A stretch of 64,000 nt of DNA from Lingula anatina. Its lineage: Eukaryota; Animalia; Brachiopoda. Location: assembly GCA_051362555.1 (NCBI GenBank), contig CM120640.1:22678225-22742224 (forward strand), given 5' to 3'. The position numbers and the translations under genes were made by a program. This document shows, in pieces, positions 25,946 through 38,996 of this stretch (position 1 is its first letter; every line of letters begins with the position of its first letter). The notes under the pieces are model-generated. The model was not told the DNA's origin, searched no databases, and saw nothing but the letters and a program-made list of their open reading frames with translations.

Positions 25946-28187
25946 GCAAAACTAAATAATCAGTCTTAATAATGATTTCCCATCATCAACATCTACATGG
26001 ATCACCAAAAATTCAATGTGGACAGCTTAAATGTTCTGAAGAAAAAACAAGGCACTTATAACAACTTACAAGTTTATAACAAATAACAGAACTAGATTCT
26101 AATAATGGCAATTTTATGACAAAACGTTCCTACCTGATCTAAAAAGTACAAAAAAGAATCTCCACGGAAAACATTTTTACCCCATCGAAAAGAGTTCAGT
26201 GTGTGAAGTTTTATCAAAGTGTAATAAGTTTTATCAAATGACTAACAATTGATTTTCTGAAGACTAACAGAGTAGTACATGGCACTTGCAAATGGTACTT
26301 GTTAATTCAAAAACAAACAAAAAATTTCTGCTGACACAATGGTATAAAATTTCACAAAAAATTATGATAAAATGTGAAAGAAACCACTCATACTATTGCT
26401 TGTCATGTACCTATCATGTACTTCATCCTTGAACCTTATCAAAATATTGTATTGCTATACAATTATACAAAATATCTTATATGCAAAATAAGCACTGTCA
26501 TCTTTCATATATCAAGACAGAATTTTACAAATTTGTTGCGTTTATAACATATCACCCATCACCTTATAAACTATATAATATCTTAATAAATGTGGAGGTA
26601 TATATTCCAAATACATATATAAATACAATCAGATAAAATCTGCATAGCATACTCCCCCTTCTCCCCTAAAAAAGTAATGGTTTAATTAATGCTGCATAAA
26701 TAGGTCAATTACCTTTGAATTATCAACTAAATATTGATATTATTAAAATAGTGCAGTTTGGAAGGTGTCTACAAATTATTCCACAAATTTCTTTAAAATG
26801 TATGGCAAAGGCACCTTAAAAAGTAAATTGATCACATCTTGTCAGGATAAAGTTTGCTTATAATAGTGTATAATATCATGACTGAGAGGTCTTTGTTCTT
26901 TGATAAGTGCTATAACAATATATGGGCCAAAACAAAATATATGTTGTAATCCTTCAACTTTTACTAAAAAGCTTATTTAGCTGATGTCAACCTAATCAAC
27001 AGATCACTGTAATTACCTTTAATGCATAGAAAAGTCTCTTATATTTTACTCTGGCTTCTTTAATGGCCACCGTGTGTTACAAGAAATATGTTGTTTATCA
27101 GTCCTAAAACTGGACTTCATGATCCATACATATGATTCAGCTTTCAGTTTACAGCAGCCAGAAACACTGTTAGAATGTTAACTGAGATCTTTATATACTT
27201 GTATCTTACAAAAAAATTAAAAGGACAGTACACAGGATTGCTGCTGTCTGAAAAATTCCCTATTTTCTTTTCAAATAGCCTCAACTTAAATTTCAATAGT
27301 TTGTGACATCCTTCAAAAGTAAACAAATCAGTACTTGTTGCTCAAAAATTGCAAATGTAAAGACTGCATGTGACTGCATGTTCACTTAATCATAGTCAAG
27401 CGAAGATTAAAGTGGTCTTAAAATATATTTCTGGCGTGTTTTATCATTTAGACCTTGATAAAGTGTTAAGTACTACAAAGTTGCCGAGGACTCGAAAAAA
27501 AATGATGAATACAGTCCCTTAAGAGTGTCTAGACTGAAAGTATATATATGTATACATACAAACCTCTTATTTAAGGAAGAGATTAGATACGCTTTATAAA
27601 AAGAGCAGACGTATTAAGAAAACTTCCAGGTTCATTGATTTTTATGTATACTTTTGCCATAACTTCCTGGTTTACTTGTATTAAATTTGTTTCCACAAGC
27701 TTTTAAGTAAATTACAGTTTTTAGAGTATGTCTAATGATCTGTTAATATCTGTACACCTTCTTACCACCTGGTTTCAGAGCACATTACGTTTATGCCAAA
27801 TTTGCCAGATAGTAACTTCGGCTTTATTTCAAAACTGCAGGCCTTCTCTTTTACAGTTGCAGGACATACAGGGCCCTTCTTTTATCTAGAAAAGAATATT
27901 TCATATTTATGAACAGACCATTTTATAAGTTGTTTCTCAACAACAGTTTTTCTTGCAATTAATACACACCTTTTTCATTGACATCACCATTCAATGGAGA
28001 ACAACAGCAAGTGTGCAATGACAACCTGTCAGTGCTTTATTTTCACTCTTCTTATCAATATGGTGACAAATGCATGCATATATATGCACTTAGTATCCTT
28101 TCTAGCAATTTTAAGCAAATAGTTAATCCACAATGGAAATAATCAGGAAGTCCATTTCCCATTTAGTTATATGGACATCCTGGGAAA

Positions 28188-28431
28188 CCAAGGACAGTGT
28201 TGCCAGCCTGTGAACCATGGGCACTGCTGCTAGCTTGTGAACCAGGAACAGTATAGCCAGCCTGTGAACCAGGGGCAATATTGCTAGCCTGAGAACCAGG
28301 GGCAATGTTGCCAGCCTGTGAACCAAGGACAGTGTTGGCAGCCTGTGAACCAGGGGACAATGTTGCCAGCCTGTGAACCAAGGACAATGTTGCCAGCCAG
28401 TGAAGCAGGGGCAATGCTGCCAGCCTGTGAA
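28188..28431. repeat. 27-bp minisatellite, 9 diverged copies, in the ACSS3 3'UTR
   Basis: Consensus ccaggggcaatgttgccagcctgtgaa (one unit 28 bp); nearest edge is ~60 bp after the ACSS3 stop codon. Confidence 0.9.
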
Positions 28432-28492
28432 CCAAAGTGGGATACTGGCCATTGTCATTTTTGTGTACAAACCTTTTTTCAATCCACTGAAC

Positions 28493-31400
28493 TCAAACTT
28501 TCATTGCCTTTTGCTCCTCCACAACATCTGGAGCAAGGCCAATGCCCTGAAGAGCGCGCTTGATGTCAGGGTACACACCAGCATCTTCAATGGTAACTGG
28601 GATCTGATAAGACATAAACAAGCATTAATGCGGTTATGATGGGAGTTTAAGTCATATGCGTTCTAATCAGTACTAGTGCTCTATATGACTACATAAGAAT
28701 AGTGAGGAATAAGTTCATTACTGGATTTGACAAATATAATTTAAGTTTACTAGAGATTCCATTCACCTTAAATGGTTTCCCATCAGCCATAGCAGCAATA
28801 GTGTTTCTTGCAATCTTTCCAGATCTGGTTTTAGGCAGTTTATGAACAATAACTGCTTTCTTAAAACTGGCCACAGGTCCAATGTGATCTCTTACTTGCT
28901 TAACAACACTGGCAATGATCTCATCATGTGGCTTGGTTACCCCTGCAAAACATAAAGAATGCTGTTAAAACGTAATTCTCCAAACTATATGACATAAAAT
29001 TTGTTGAAAAGATGCAAAGTATGTGTCATACCAGTGGCCATCTAGGTTATATGCTCAATGGTAAATAAATCCTATCAGAGCTAAATCTATTTCAATCATT
29101 TGAAATCACTGTATTTAAAATATTTTACTTGCACTAATGTTTGCCTTATGACATTCAGATAGGTCATTTATATAAAATAGCTTGTCAGTAAAATGTCTTC
29201 ATTCTCTTTCTCTCCATCACATCACTAATATGCAATTGGTAAATAAAAAAGTACAAGCTTAAACACGCATTGATGGACAACAAAAATAAAGAATCAAAGT
29301 ATAAACATACCCGCTTTCAGTACACACAGTCCAATGGGAATTTGTCCTTTAAGGGAGTCCTTCACTCCAACCACAGCACATTCAGCAAGTTCATTCAGTT
29401 CAAGCATCACCTAAAATGATTACATAAGTTATGTTTGTTAATGCTTTATCAAAAGTTGAGAATGAAAAGGTCAAGATATACAGCTATACAAATATGCATA
29501 ATACATGAATATAAAGAGAATATCACAGTACAAAATCCATAATTATTTCAGTAAATCCATAATTATTTCATTTTGTAATTATAAAACAGAAAAAGTAGAA
29601 ATTGTGCAAACTGTACTGAAATTATTTGATTAGATAATTCGGCATTGGTATACTGAATAGTGACCATTTTTTCTGTTATTTTCTCAAACATTTAAACTCC
29701 TCTTTTTCCACTGCTTACCTCCTCAAGTTGCCCAGTGGACAACCTGTGACCAGCCACATTGATGACATCATCGGCACGTGCCATGACAGCTATGTTTCCA
29801 AGGTGATCACGAAAGCCTGCATCCATGGTGTCATAGTAACCCTGACACATAAAAAAAATGTAGCAGTATATAGTGATCAATTAGTACATAGATATATATA
29901 TCTTGACTGAGATATGTATAAATAATGAAATAAAATAATTAAACAATAATTATCGAATAATGGATTCCAATTCTTTAAGTCAAAATAAATTATCTTTAAT
30001 AGTTGGTACAGTTAAAAACTGAGATGAATCTAGAGTTTCATTTATCTGCCAGCTGTCATAATCCACCACATAGGATCTTTTAAATTTTGTTTGCTACAAC
30101 AATAAAATGTTTACTTTGATAGTGATTATTAATATGTAAAAGAGGGTAATTTACTACTTACTGGGAATTTCTTGAAATAAACATCATGGAATCTTTCATC
30201 TGCTTTATACAGTGTTGAAAAAGTTCCAGGAGGCAGGGGCAACCTTAAAATTATTTTTTAAAATGAGATAAAATATATTTCTAACTTTAAAATACAATAT
30301 GTACAATAAGAATTAAAACTGGGCTATAATAAACATCTTAAATTCTGGGAAATCTATACCCCCAATTCATGCGAAATTTTGAACATCAATAATTAGCTAC
30401 AGATTTGAAAGTGCCAATGACAACCTTCATTTTATGTGATTAATACCCCTTTCCTTCTGTACTGCTGTGTGCCAGGGCAAAAGATGAAGAACAGTGATGA
30501 GGAACACAATGACAGATACACTGTGCAGGAAGAATGGTCAGGGACAGCTACACTCAACTTGGATAAAGTTTTCAACAAATCCAGTTGAATAAAAAAAAGC
30601 ATCAGCTCAAAAAGTTTGGGGGGGGGGGGGATGTAGAAGCCCAAAAAATAATACCAAGGTGCAAAAATATACATTAAGGTTTTTTACAAATGTTAAGTTA
30701 CACAGAAGATAGAACAAGACAAGATTGAGTCTACAGAGAGGTAGACCAAAAGCAAATATACTTATAAAATATTTAAAAAAAGCATTTCAAAAAGTTTAAA
30801 TAAAATAATATAATATCTATCAAACAACTTTGCTACCTACTTGACAACAATATTCCCAAGCTCATCATCAATGCATTCACTTCCATCATCTCTGATAACT
30901 TTGACTGAAAATGTAACATTTATCCATTATGCACAGGTTTACCAGTAAAACTGTTACTACTATAAACAGAGTAACACATCATCAACCCACAGACATACAT
31001 GCAAATTTATTTACTTTATTACTATATGTTCCAACATTTTTGTGAACTTCTAAACTCAAACTACACATTAAGCTATATATATATATATATGTACAGTCTG
31101 ACCAGGGAATTACATCTGATATAATTCCCTGGTATGACCATCATAGGCTGCCTATTTACCAGAGGGTACCTACCATCGTATCCTGGTACAGGTTTACCAG
31201 CGACACCTGGTGGAGGGTACAAGTGGTTGGCAAGACCAACACAAGTGGAAGTGATGGCCCAACCAGTTTCTATGGAAAACATATTACAAAAGCAGTTGAT
31301 AATGTAGCTCAGGAAAGCCAGTCTGTTGAAACTGAGTTTTTGATGTATGTGTCACTTTAATTCAAAGCAAAGTTTTACAGGGAGTTAGAAATTACATTGA

Positions 31401-34001
31401 CTAGCCCAGCAATTAGGTACTAAGTATGTGTAACACAATGCGTCCAATTTGGTCAGAAGTAAACCTTTATTTGCTCTTAAATAATTCTTAATGAAAGGAA
31501 AAATGACCATATAAGTAAAACTATACCAATATCAAAGTAACAGACATCTCTGAATTATACAAGTAAATTAGCATCAATCTAACTCTTTTCAAGTTACCTG
31601 TTTGCCACCAGTTATCTAGGATTGGTTTGTGCAAAATGTCTCTTGCCCACTCCATAGTCTCATGGTCACAGTGCTCACCAGCAACAAACAAACCACGAAA
31701 CCTTAAAGCATTTAATATGTGCCAGAAGTATGGATTTCAGTATGCAAATAATACAAAATGATGTTACATGAAGTTCACTATATTGGGTTTAATGACATTT
31801 AGAAAAGATTATAACAAATTTTTAAAAATTGTGAAATGCCAGCAAAAATACTTACTTCTTAGGGGTATATTTCTTGCTCAAGACTGCATCAGGATCCTTA
31901 AAGAGTAAAATATGCATGATAATCTTCATGTATTCAAAATTTAATAGCTAACAATTTTGTTATCTGTGATATTTTCTTAAATTATTTTCAAGCTAACCAA
32001 ACACATAACACCCTTTGTTTTTGAAGGGCCCTTAAAACTATGCATTTTTCCCCATTTTGCATGAAATAACATCTTTCCTTGACTGCAAATAAAATTAGTG
32101 TAATTTACCTCTCTTCTGATAGCTCTGAGTGCTGTGGGAGCAACAAACATGGAGGACACTTCATGCTCTTCCAGAACTCTGAAGAACACACCAGCATCTG
32201 GTGTACCAACTGGTTTGCCCTGGAATACAACTCACACATATAAAACTTGGTTTTTATGGCAATGGGAATTCATGGTAAATGTAGGTTTTATTAGAAGAAT
32301 GTGACACTTGTATATGTTACAATATAAGTAAATAATGGAGAATAACTTTTCCTTATTTGTGTTTAAAACTTCCTTCTATACCTGTCTGTTACTGTGTGAC
32401 GTTGTTTAAGTGTTCAGTATTGTGTTTGCAAAAGGGCGGTTCATATTCACCTCAAAGATGACGGTTGTGTTTCCATGCAGCAGAGGAGCGTAACAGATGT
32501 AGGAGTGTCCTACCACCCACCCCAGATCAGAGGCTGCCCACCACACCTGTAAAATACCTCTTGTCGTCTTATATTCAATTCATCTGAATGTGTTAAAATC
32601 GTACTGAACACAGCCTACTCATAGAATGGATCTAACAGCATAAAACAAAATCAGGACAACACCATAATTGAAATGTATTGAAATTGTGCCTAACCATGTG
32701 ACAAAAAAGTGAAAAGTCTAAAGATAAAGTTGATGCATTCTGTTTTACTGAAATATTATTACCTCCAATATTTTAGAGGCTTCTAATTCTTTACCCATGT
32801 AATTGAAATGAGGCTACTGTTCTCTTTGAAATAGCCTCTGCTTGTTCTTAAATGGTTTTCCAAATGTCAGACAAACATATGGGAAAGAGAAAACCACAAC
32901 ATACCTCTCTAGGTCTCATGCCATAGATGTTCCACATGGACCAGTGCAGGGCAACAGCATGTCCACCACTGGGCCGCACCACAGCCTATCATAACGAAAT
33001 ACGCTAATACAATATGCAAAAAACAAAAATTGACAAGCAACGGACAAGCAAAAAAACAGTCACAAAGACGTTTGCAATATATCTTTTGGCTTTCTATATA
33101 TAATTAAAAACCCATAAAGTCAACTGATGAACTATCAACCAGTTATTTGGCACACAGGGTGTTGGTATGTAAACTGGAGTTATTATTATTTGGATTTCTT
33201 TTCAAATAATCTACATCTATTGTATGTCAACTGCCTACTGTTGGTTACAACTGTTTGTCTATATAATATCCATCTAACCCCCTTAGCAAAATGAAAAAGT
33301 TTTCAGCAATACTGTTGCTAACTTAAAGTTTGCAGCAACGAGTTTGCAAAAAAATTTTATTGTAGTTAATTTGCAGCCATATTGCAGCAAATTTTCTGCA
33401 AATTTGCAAGAAGGAATTGCAGTTAGCAGCAATATTGCAGATTTGCAGCAGGCCTGATATTTTGCTAAGGACAACCTTTATACATATTCATTGTACATTT
33501 GTACCTTTTAAGCAGTAAATACAGACATAAGACAGGCAAGTTTGTTGGGTCAGCTAAAGGGGTAAAAAGGTCCACTTTTTCAGACCTCCCTAAAAATTGC
33601 CAGCTATAGGCCTGATAGGTGTGCTAAAACAGAATATTTGGATTCCAGTGATGGCATTACAATGTAGAATACCTTTGGCAGCCCTGTTGTTCCTGATGTA
33701 TACAGCAAATAAACAGGATCTGTGGCATCAACAGGGACACAGTCATGTGGCTGGCTGGTTGAAAGCTCTTCAACAAAGTCATAATCTCTACCACTGGTCA
33801 TGTCAGCAGCAGGGAGCTGCAACAAAGTGAAACCCCAGTATAAGTGTCTGAAGTGTTTATCATAACTATTATCATATAAAATAATTGGAAAGGCAGAACA
33901 ATACTTTTAGATGAAGACAATGAAACTGCAGTACTATATCTAATATTTGTGTCTGTTGAAATAAGTTTGTTAAAATAGCATTGTCTGTGCTCACACACAT
34001 G

Positions 34002-34058
<57 letters not shown>

Positions 34059-37000
34059 TTTGATATTGGGGTAGCTACTGGCCAACTTAACTTCTAGGCT
34101 TACTTGCCCAACCAGGAAGGGCTTATATATATCAAAGGTTGACAACTAATACACTTTCATTAAAATTCAAATGTTACCGGTAGTCCCGATGCCTCAGAAC
34201 ATGTTCTGTTGTAAATCAGGCATGCATTGGGTTGGAATCCAGACAGCTGTATGGCCTCGTCAAGTATAGGTTTGTAGGAAACTACTCTGCCAGGTTCAAT
34301 TCCACAGTTGGCGCTCACAATAACTTTGGGCTGAAAGTGAAATTGTTTAATACCTCTATCAGTATTTTGCAATTATCTACATATCATACCTTTTGCTAAG
34401 AGCTGAAGTATTTATTGTGGTGCATTAATTGGATTCATAATTTTTGAATCAAAGTACGTAACACTGTACAGTTTAAATAGATATTGCAATATTATAAGAT
34501 GAGCCTATTTTTTCTCACATCTCTAAGTGCAAAAAGTAGACTAATAAGAGTAGCAGGTGCAGCTTGAAGAGCTGTCAGGCAAAAAAAAAAGGGTCTGGGT
34601 TATGTTACAAATGAAATGCTAAAAAGATGGTAGTACAAGTACATATGTGGCGGGGGGAGGGGAGAAGCAAGCTATTGTGACTTAAATAGGTAAAGTTTTC
34701 TATCCAGAATTAATACTCTGTACCATCTAATATTATATATATATATTTCTTTTTAAAAAATTCCATTCCTTTTCACAAATATACAAAAACTTGAACCTTT
34801 ACTGAAAATGCTTATATTAGCTTGATAAATAACTTTAATTCAACACAATAAAATATAAAAAAATCTGAGGAAGTGTAAAACATCATTGAGCCAGTGAGTT
34901 TGCTTATAGCATTAAGCCAAGTCTTGAAAGGTCAAGTTATTACTTTGAATAAAGAATAATCAAAATAACCCAACTGAAGAATGTATTTTTGTGCATCCAT
35001 TTTGCTTTGAATTAAGCCATATCTTCAACTTTTATCACCATGACATTAATTACGTCTAATAGACTAAGGGATTATGTAAGAAGCCAAACTTGTCCCTATG
35101 CATGACTTAACACTGTACTAATCCAACCTTCATCTTGTTTACAACACACCTCTGCATGAGCAATCCTTGTTGAAAGCTCTTTGGCAGCAAACCCACCAAA
35201 CACTAATGAGTGCACAGCCCCAATTCTTGCACAGGCCAGCATAGCTATGATTGCTTCTGGGATCATAGGCATGTAGATCAACACCACTTCCCCCTTTTTA
35301 ACACCATGCTTAGTTAGGGCACCTGCAAATCTAGACACCTACAAAAAAATAACGTAGAAAATATTAACACACAAAATATCAGTCATGACTTGGACGTCCT
35401 TTTCTTAATTAGACAATAATAATTTTTCACTGTTGAAAAGAAGAGAAAAAAAAAAACACAGACATATAAAACCATTTGATGGTTAATCTAGATTGCCCAA
35501 AGATAACACAACTTTGTTTATTTTATTTGGTATATATAGTTCAATCTGCACGGGATATTCACCTGATCCTGCAGTTGTGCAAAAGTAATCTTCTGCTGTG
35601 TATTGGTGACAGGGCTGTCATGAATCACTGCTACATGGTCACCATAGCCTTGTTCCACATGGCGATCAATTGCATTGTAACACGTGTTCAACTGGCCTCC
35701 AACAAACCTGCACTCAAGTACAGAAATAATCCAAGTAAAAATAATAGCATATATGATAAAAAGAATACTCCAAACAGGAATATGATACTGCATAACATAT
35801 TTTTTTTAACTTTAGTAAAGCCAGTTATCTCTCATTTAAAAAAAAACATGCTGTGTGCAACACAGAACTTCTGACGGGTGCTAGTTGCAGATCTGCATAC
35901 TGCATAACATATTTTTTAACTTTAGCAAAGCCAGTTATCTATCATTAAAAAAACTTATTGTGTGCAACACAGTACTTCTGACAGATCTAGAGGTGTCTAT
36001 TTTTATGGCCTTGATGATGGACAATTTGTTTAAGACGTTAAAGATATTTGTAACATAGTCTTTGAAAAGTTCTATTACTTATGCTTTATGTTCAGAAATA
36101 TCAAAGACTTATATGTTTTTCCATAGAATAAAAAATAAATCTGGAAAAATTGCTAGACAGGCCTAGACAACCCTTCCACAAAGTAGGCCAATGATGCTCC
36201 ATTCAATTTTCAGGCAACACATCAAAGGTAATGTTAGGCTAAAAAATAGGGAAGCCACAATAAGATTACCTCAACTAAGTTCACTAGACCAAAACATTCA
36301 ACCTGTGACAAGCATAATAAATAAAACATAAGAAATGAGACCATTTTTGTAACCTGGGATGAACTCATTCTTAACCACCTGGTCAATGACTTTTACTTGA
36401 GAAGCTCAGTAAATATTGACAATCTGTTGAATGCTTGTATACCTGTGTAACATCAAACTATTTACCAAAAGTTTTTTTAGTGTTCAATTCTGGGATAACT
36501 GAAATATCATGTAAACAACTTTGGTAAACAATTCTGCTGATGTATTTAAGGTCGTTTTGAAGGACAAACTACTTCAGCATATCAACTTGCAATACCAGGT
36601 ACAGTGATTTTCAGTAGTGAGCTAATACCAATCTGGTATTTAGCACATGCTGAGGTGTAATAATGAATCCACAGTTTAGGGCATGGTGCAGGCTGAATGC
36701 AGCATTTTTCTTTCAAATTTTTGCTTATTCACAATACCTGACATTATAATCATGTGCATGACCTATATACCAAATTCTGTGGCTTAGTGTAGGTTATTCA
36801 AAATTATTCAAGCGTGTAAGTTTAGTCTTGATATAAACAGCCAATTGTCTATCTTACTTATATATGTTCTTTATGAATAAGTATCACCTTTCTGAACTCA
36901 AGATGAAATGCCATAATAGTTGGTTTACATTTTTTATTTTCTGAAATACTTGGTTTAAGCTTACAAGTGATTTGTTTGCTTTTGTTTCTATTTCATGCAA

Positions 37001-38311
37001 TTTTTATCACATATAGGCAGCATTTTCTTTTTGGTAGTTATTATTGTGTATTGAATAATTAAGGTTACATATATATGACAACATCAAATTCATTAAGAAT
37101 ACTTATAATCAATGTATAGATCAGGTTTTTCATCCCATGGTAGTACAGTACATCTAGTGCAGTATTATAAATACAGGCTACTTTGTCATTTTAAGTGTCT
37201 TCAAATGGTAAGAGTCTTCTATGTGGTACTGAGCGTGTTTAATTGCAATTCTGCTGTTTTCTTATATAAATCCATTTAAGACAATAAAGAAGATGTTGAA
37301 GGCAGCATGAGCTCTGGCACTTCTATTTACACACTCTCAAATAAAAAAAAAAAGAAAAAAAGAAACTGAAAAATGGCATGAAAATCTATGCATTAGCACT
37401 TGCATTATGTTTTCTTTTATATATTATACTAATTGAATGCCGAGTGTGGGCTGGTAGGTTTTTAAAAAATGTAAATTAATAATGTAATTTTAAAAAAATG
37501 TTATTAGAGTGCTAACACTGTGACTTTTATTACTTTTTGAAGACAGGAAAATGCACCCTAAAACTAAGACCAAAATCCATGTGTACCTACTGCACTCACA
37601 CTGGTAGAATTACAATAAAACACTTTTTTAAAACTTCATCTACACTGTCAAAACAATTAAAAATACAACATACAACTGTATATACATCCAGGTATACCTA
37701 CTACTGATACAGTGCATGAAGTCTATTGAGTGAAGGCAAGGGAGAAAGTACATAGATGTTCACTGTAACATTTATATACAGGCCCGTAGTCAGGGGGAGT
37801 TCAAGGGGTTCAGAAGAACCCCCCTTTTTGCTGGGGAAAAGGTCTGGGTAAGTTTGATCGAGGTAAAGTAAGTTTTCATGACAAAAGGTCATCACTTTCA
37901 GAAAATGAACTCCCCTTCAACAATTGCTAGCTAAGTGCCTGATATAGAAATATACAGTACTTGCTTTTCATGATTTGAGTACAAAATTGAAAATTAGATT
38001 AGAAGTATTTTAAAAGAAGTAATGAGCTTATTAATTGTTTCTTACCATTTTGAGAAAGGTGGATTGGAGTTATCAAGAACCTTATCGAATTTCTTCATCC
38101 ATGAAATGTTTTCAGCAGCTTCAGCCCAGAATTCGTCAGGTTTGGTTTTGGACTTCATGAATGCATTGTTGTAAACATGTTCGTAGTGGGAGTAACGTCG
38201 CCTGTTGTCTACCTTTGCAGAAATGACTCTGGAATTATTCTGCACAGCATAGAGTGGGCAGGTGCTTAATTTCTGTAGCTGTGTGCGAGCTGCTCTAACA
38301 GCTGATGCCAT
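28493..38311 (-). CDS. ACSS3: Acyl-CoA synthetase short-chain family member 3-like (propionyl-CoA synthetase type), probably mitochondrial; ~693 aa, 17 exons
   Basis: Exons (high to low): 38311-38046, 35707-35563, 35338-35150, 34330-34178, 33816-33673, 32985-32905, 32546-32451, 32219-32109, 31896-31856, 31701-31598, 31269-31174, 30904-30841, 30243-30162, 29841-29719, 29410-29311, 28942-28767, 28603-28493 (2082 nt). Motifs: [62 protein letters not shown]. Arg/Ala/Ser-rich N-terminus resembles a transit peptide. Confidence 0.92.
33280..33471. mobile_element. Short CCC-terminus MITE (EnSpm/CACTA-like), degenerate
   Basis: ccttagcaaaat ... attttgctaagg 12-bp TIR; interior full of ttgcag(c) repeats; same architecture as 13339-13621. 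Confidence 0.65.
33993..34055. repeat. (CA)n microsatellite
   Basis: Direct reading. Confidence 0.95.
35785..35982. repeat. Tandem duplication (~110-bp period) in ACSS3 intron 1
   Basis: atactgcataacatatttt...aaagccagttatct...tgtgtgcaacacag..cttctgac occurs twice. Confidence 0.85.
37779..37941. mobile_element. Short degenerate CAGG-terminus MITE (second fragment ~33532-33614)
   Basis: caggcccgtagtcag ... ctagctaagtgcctg imperfect TIR; shares aaaaggtc..acttt and aattgc.agcta...gcctg with the 33.5-kb copy. No clean TSD. Confidence 0.5.
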
Positions 38312-38996
38312 CGTGATGAGGAGAGAGAAAAAATGAAGAGCAGTTATCTGTCTGCTGCAAATCTCTCGTCAATGCCCTCAACCTGCAAGACTGAGCTGCT
38401 GTAAATTCGCACCTGTAAGTTGGGAATGTACAATTAGTGACCTACATTTTATATCTGGTCTCAATAAATTGAATAATATTACATTCATATATTTTAGTTA
38501 AATCAAAAATCAATAACCAGACAAACTAAAATAATATTTCTTAATCTTAAAAGACATGAAAACACCATATTGTGTGCAAATTTTTGCTTTTTGTGATCAT
38601 TATATTTTTCATTTTAGACCAGATAAGGATATAGGTCATTTAGAAAACTAGTTCCTAAAATTTATAGCCGCAACATTTCTATATGTTGTCTAGATTTGAG
38701 TCATAAAATGCCTAGATAATGAATCAGTCACACTACAATTTGAATTTTTAGATAATATGGATAATTTTGTTCATAGTAATTGAGGAATAATTGCTAAATT
38801 GCATACCCTTGATGATAAGCTTATATGTGTGAGAACTAGGCAATACAACTAAGGGAGACGAACCGAGAGGACGAAGGTTCCAGAAAGCACGTGTCCGTGC
38901 AAGGAAAGTTTATTTACCAAAAAATACCCCTTTTGCAAAGTAACGTTTTGTGTTTGATCATTGTGTGTGTTACTTTCGAAATTGGGAACTATAAAA
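38312..38996. promoter_or_regulatory. Bidirectional promoter region between ACSS3 and FKBP4-like
   Basis: Divergent start codons at 38311 (-) and 38997 (+), 685 bp apart. Confidence 0.7.
38872..38893. promoter_or_regulatory. Perfect heat-shock element (nGAAnnTTCnnGAAn) followed by CACGTG E-box
   Basis: cGAAggTTCcaGAAa at 38872-38886 and cacgtg at 38888-38893, ~110 bp upstream of the FKBP ATG. Confidence 0.75.

Noticed and set aside
28188-28431. CRISPR-like array or Cys-rich peptide gene
   Set aside because: Units are contiguous with no unique spacers, the context is eukaryotic with no cas genes, and the ORFs arise from the 27-bp periodicity and are frameshifted by a 28-bp unit.
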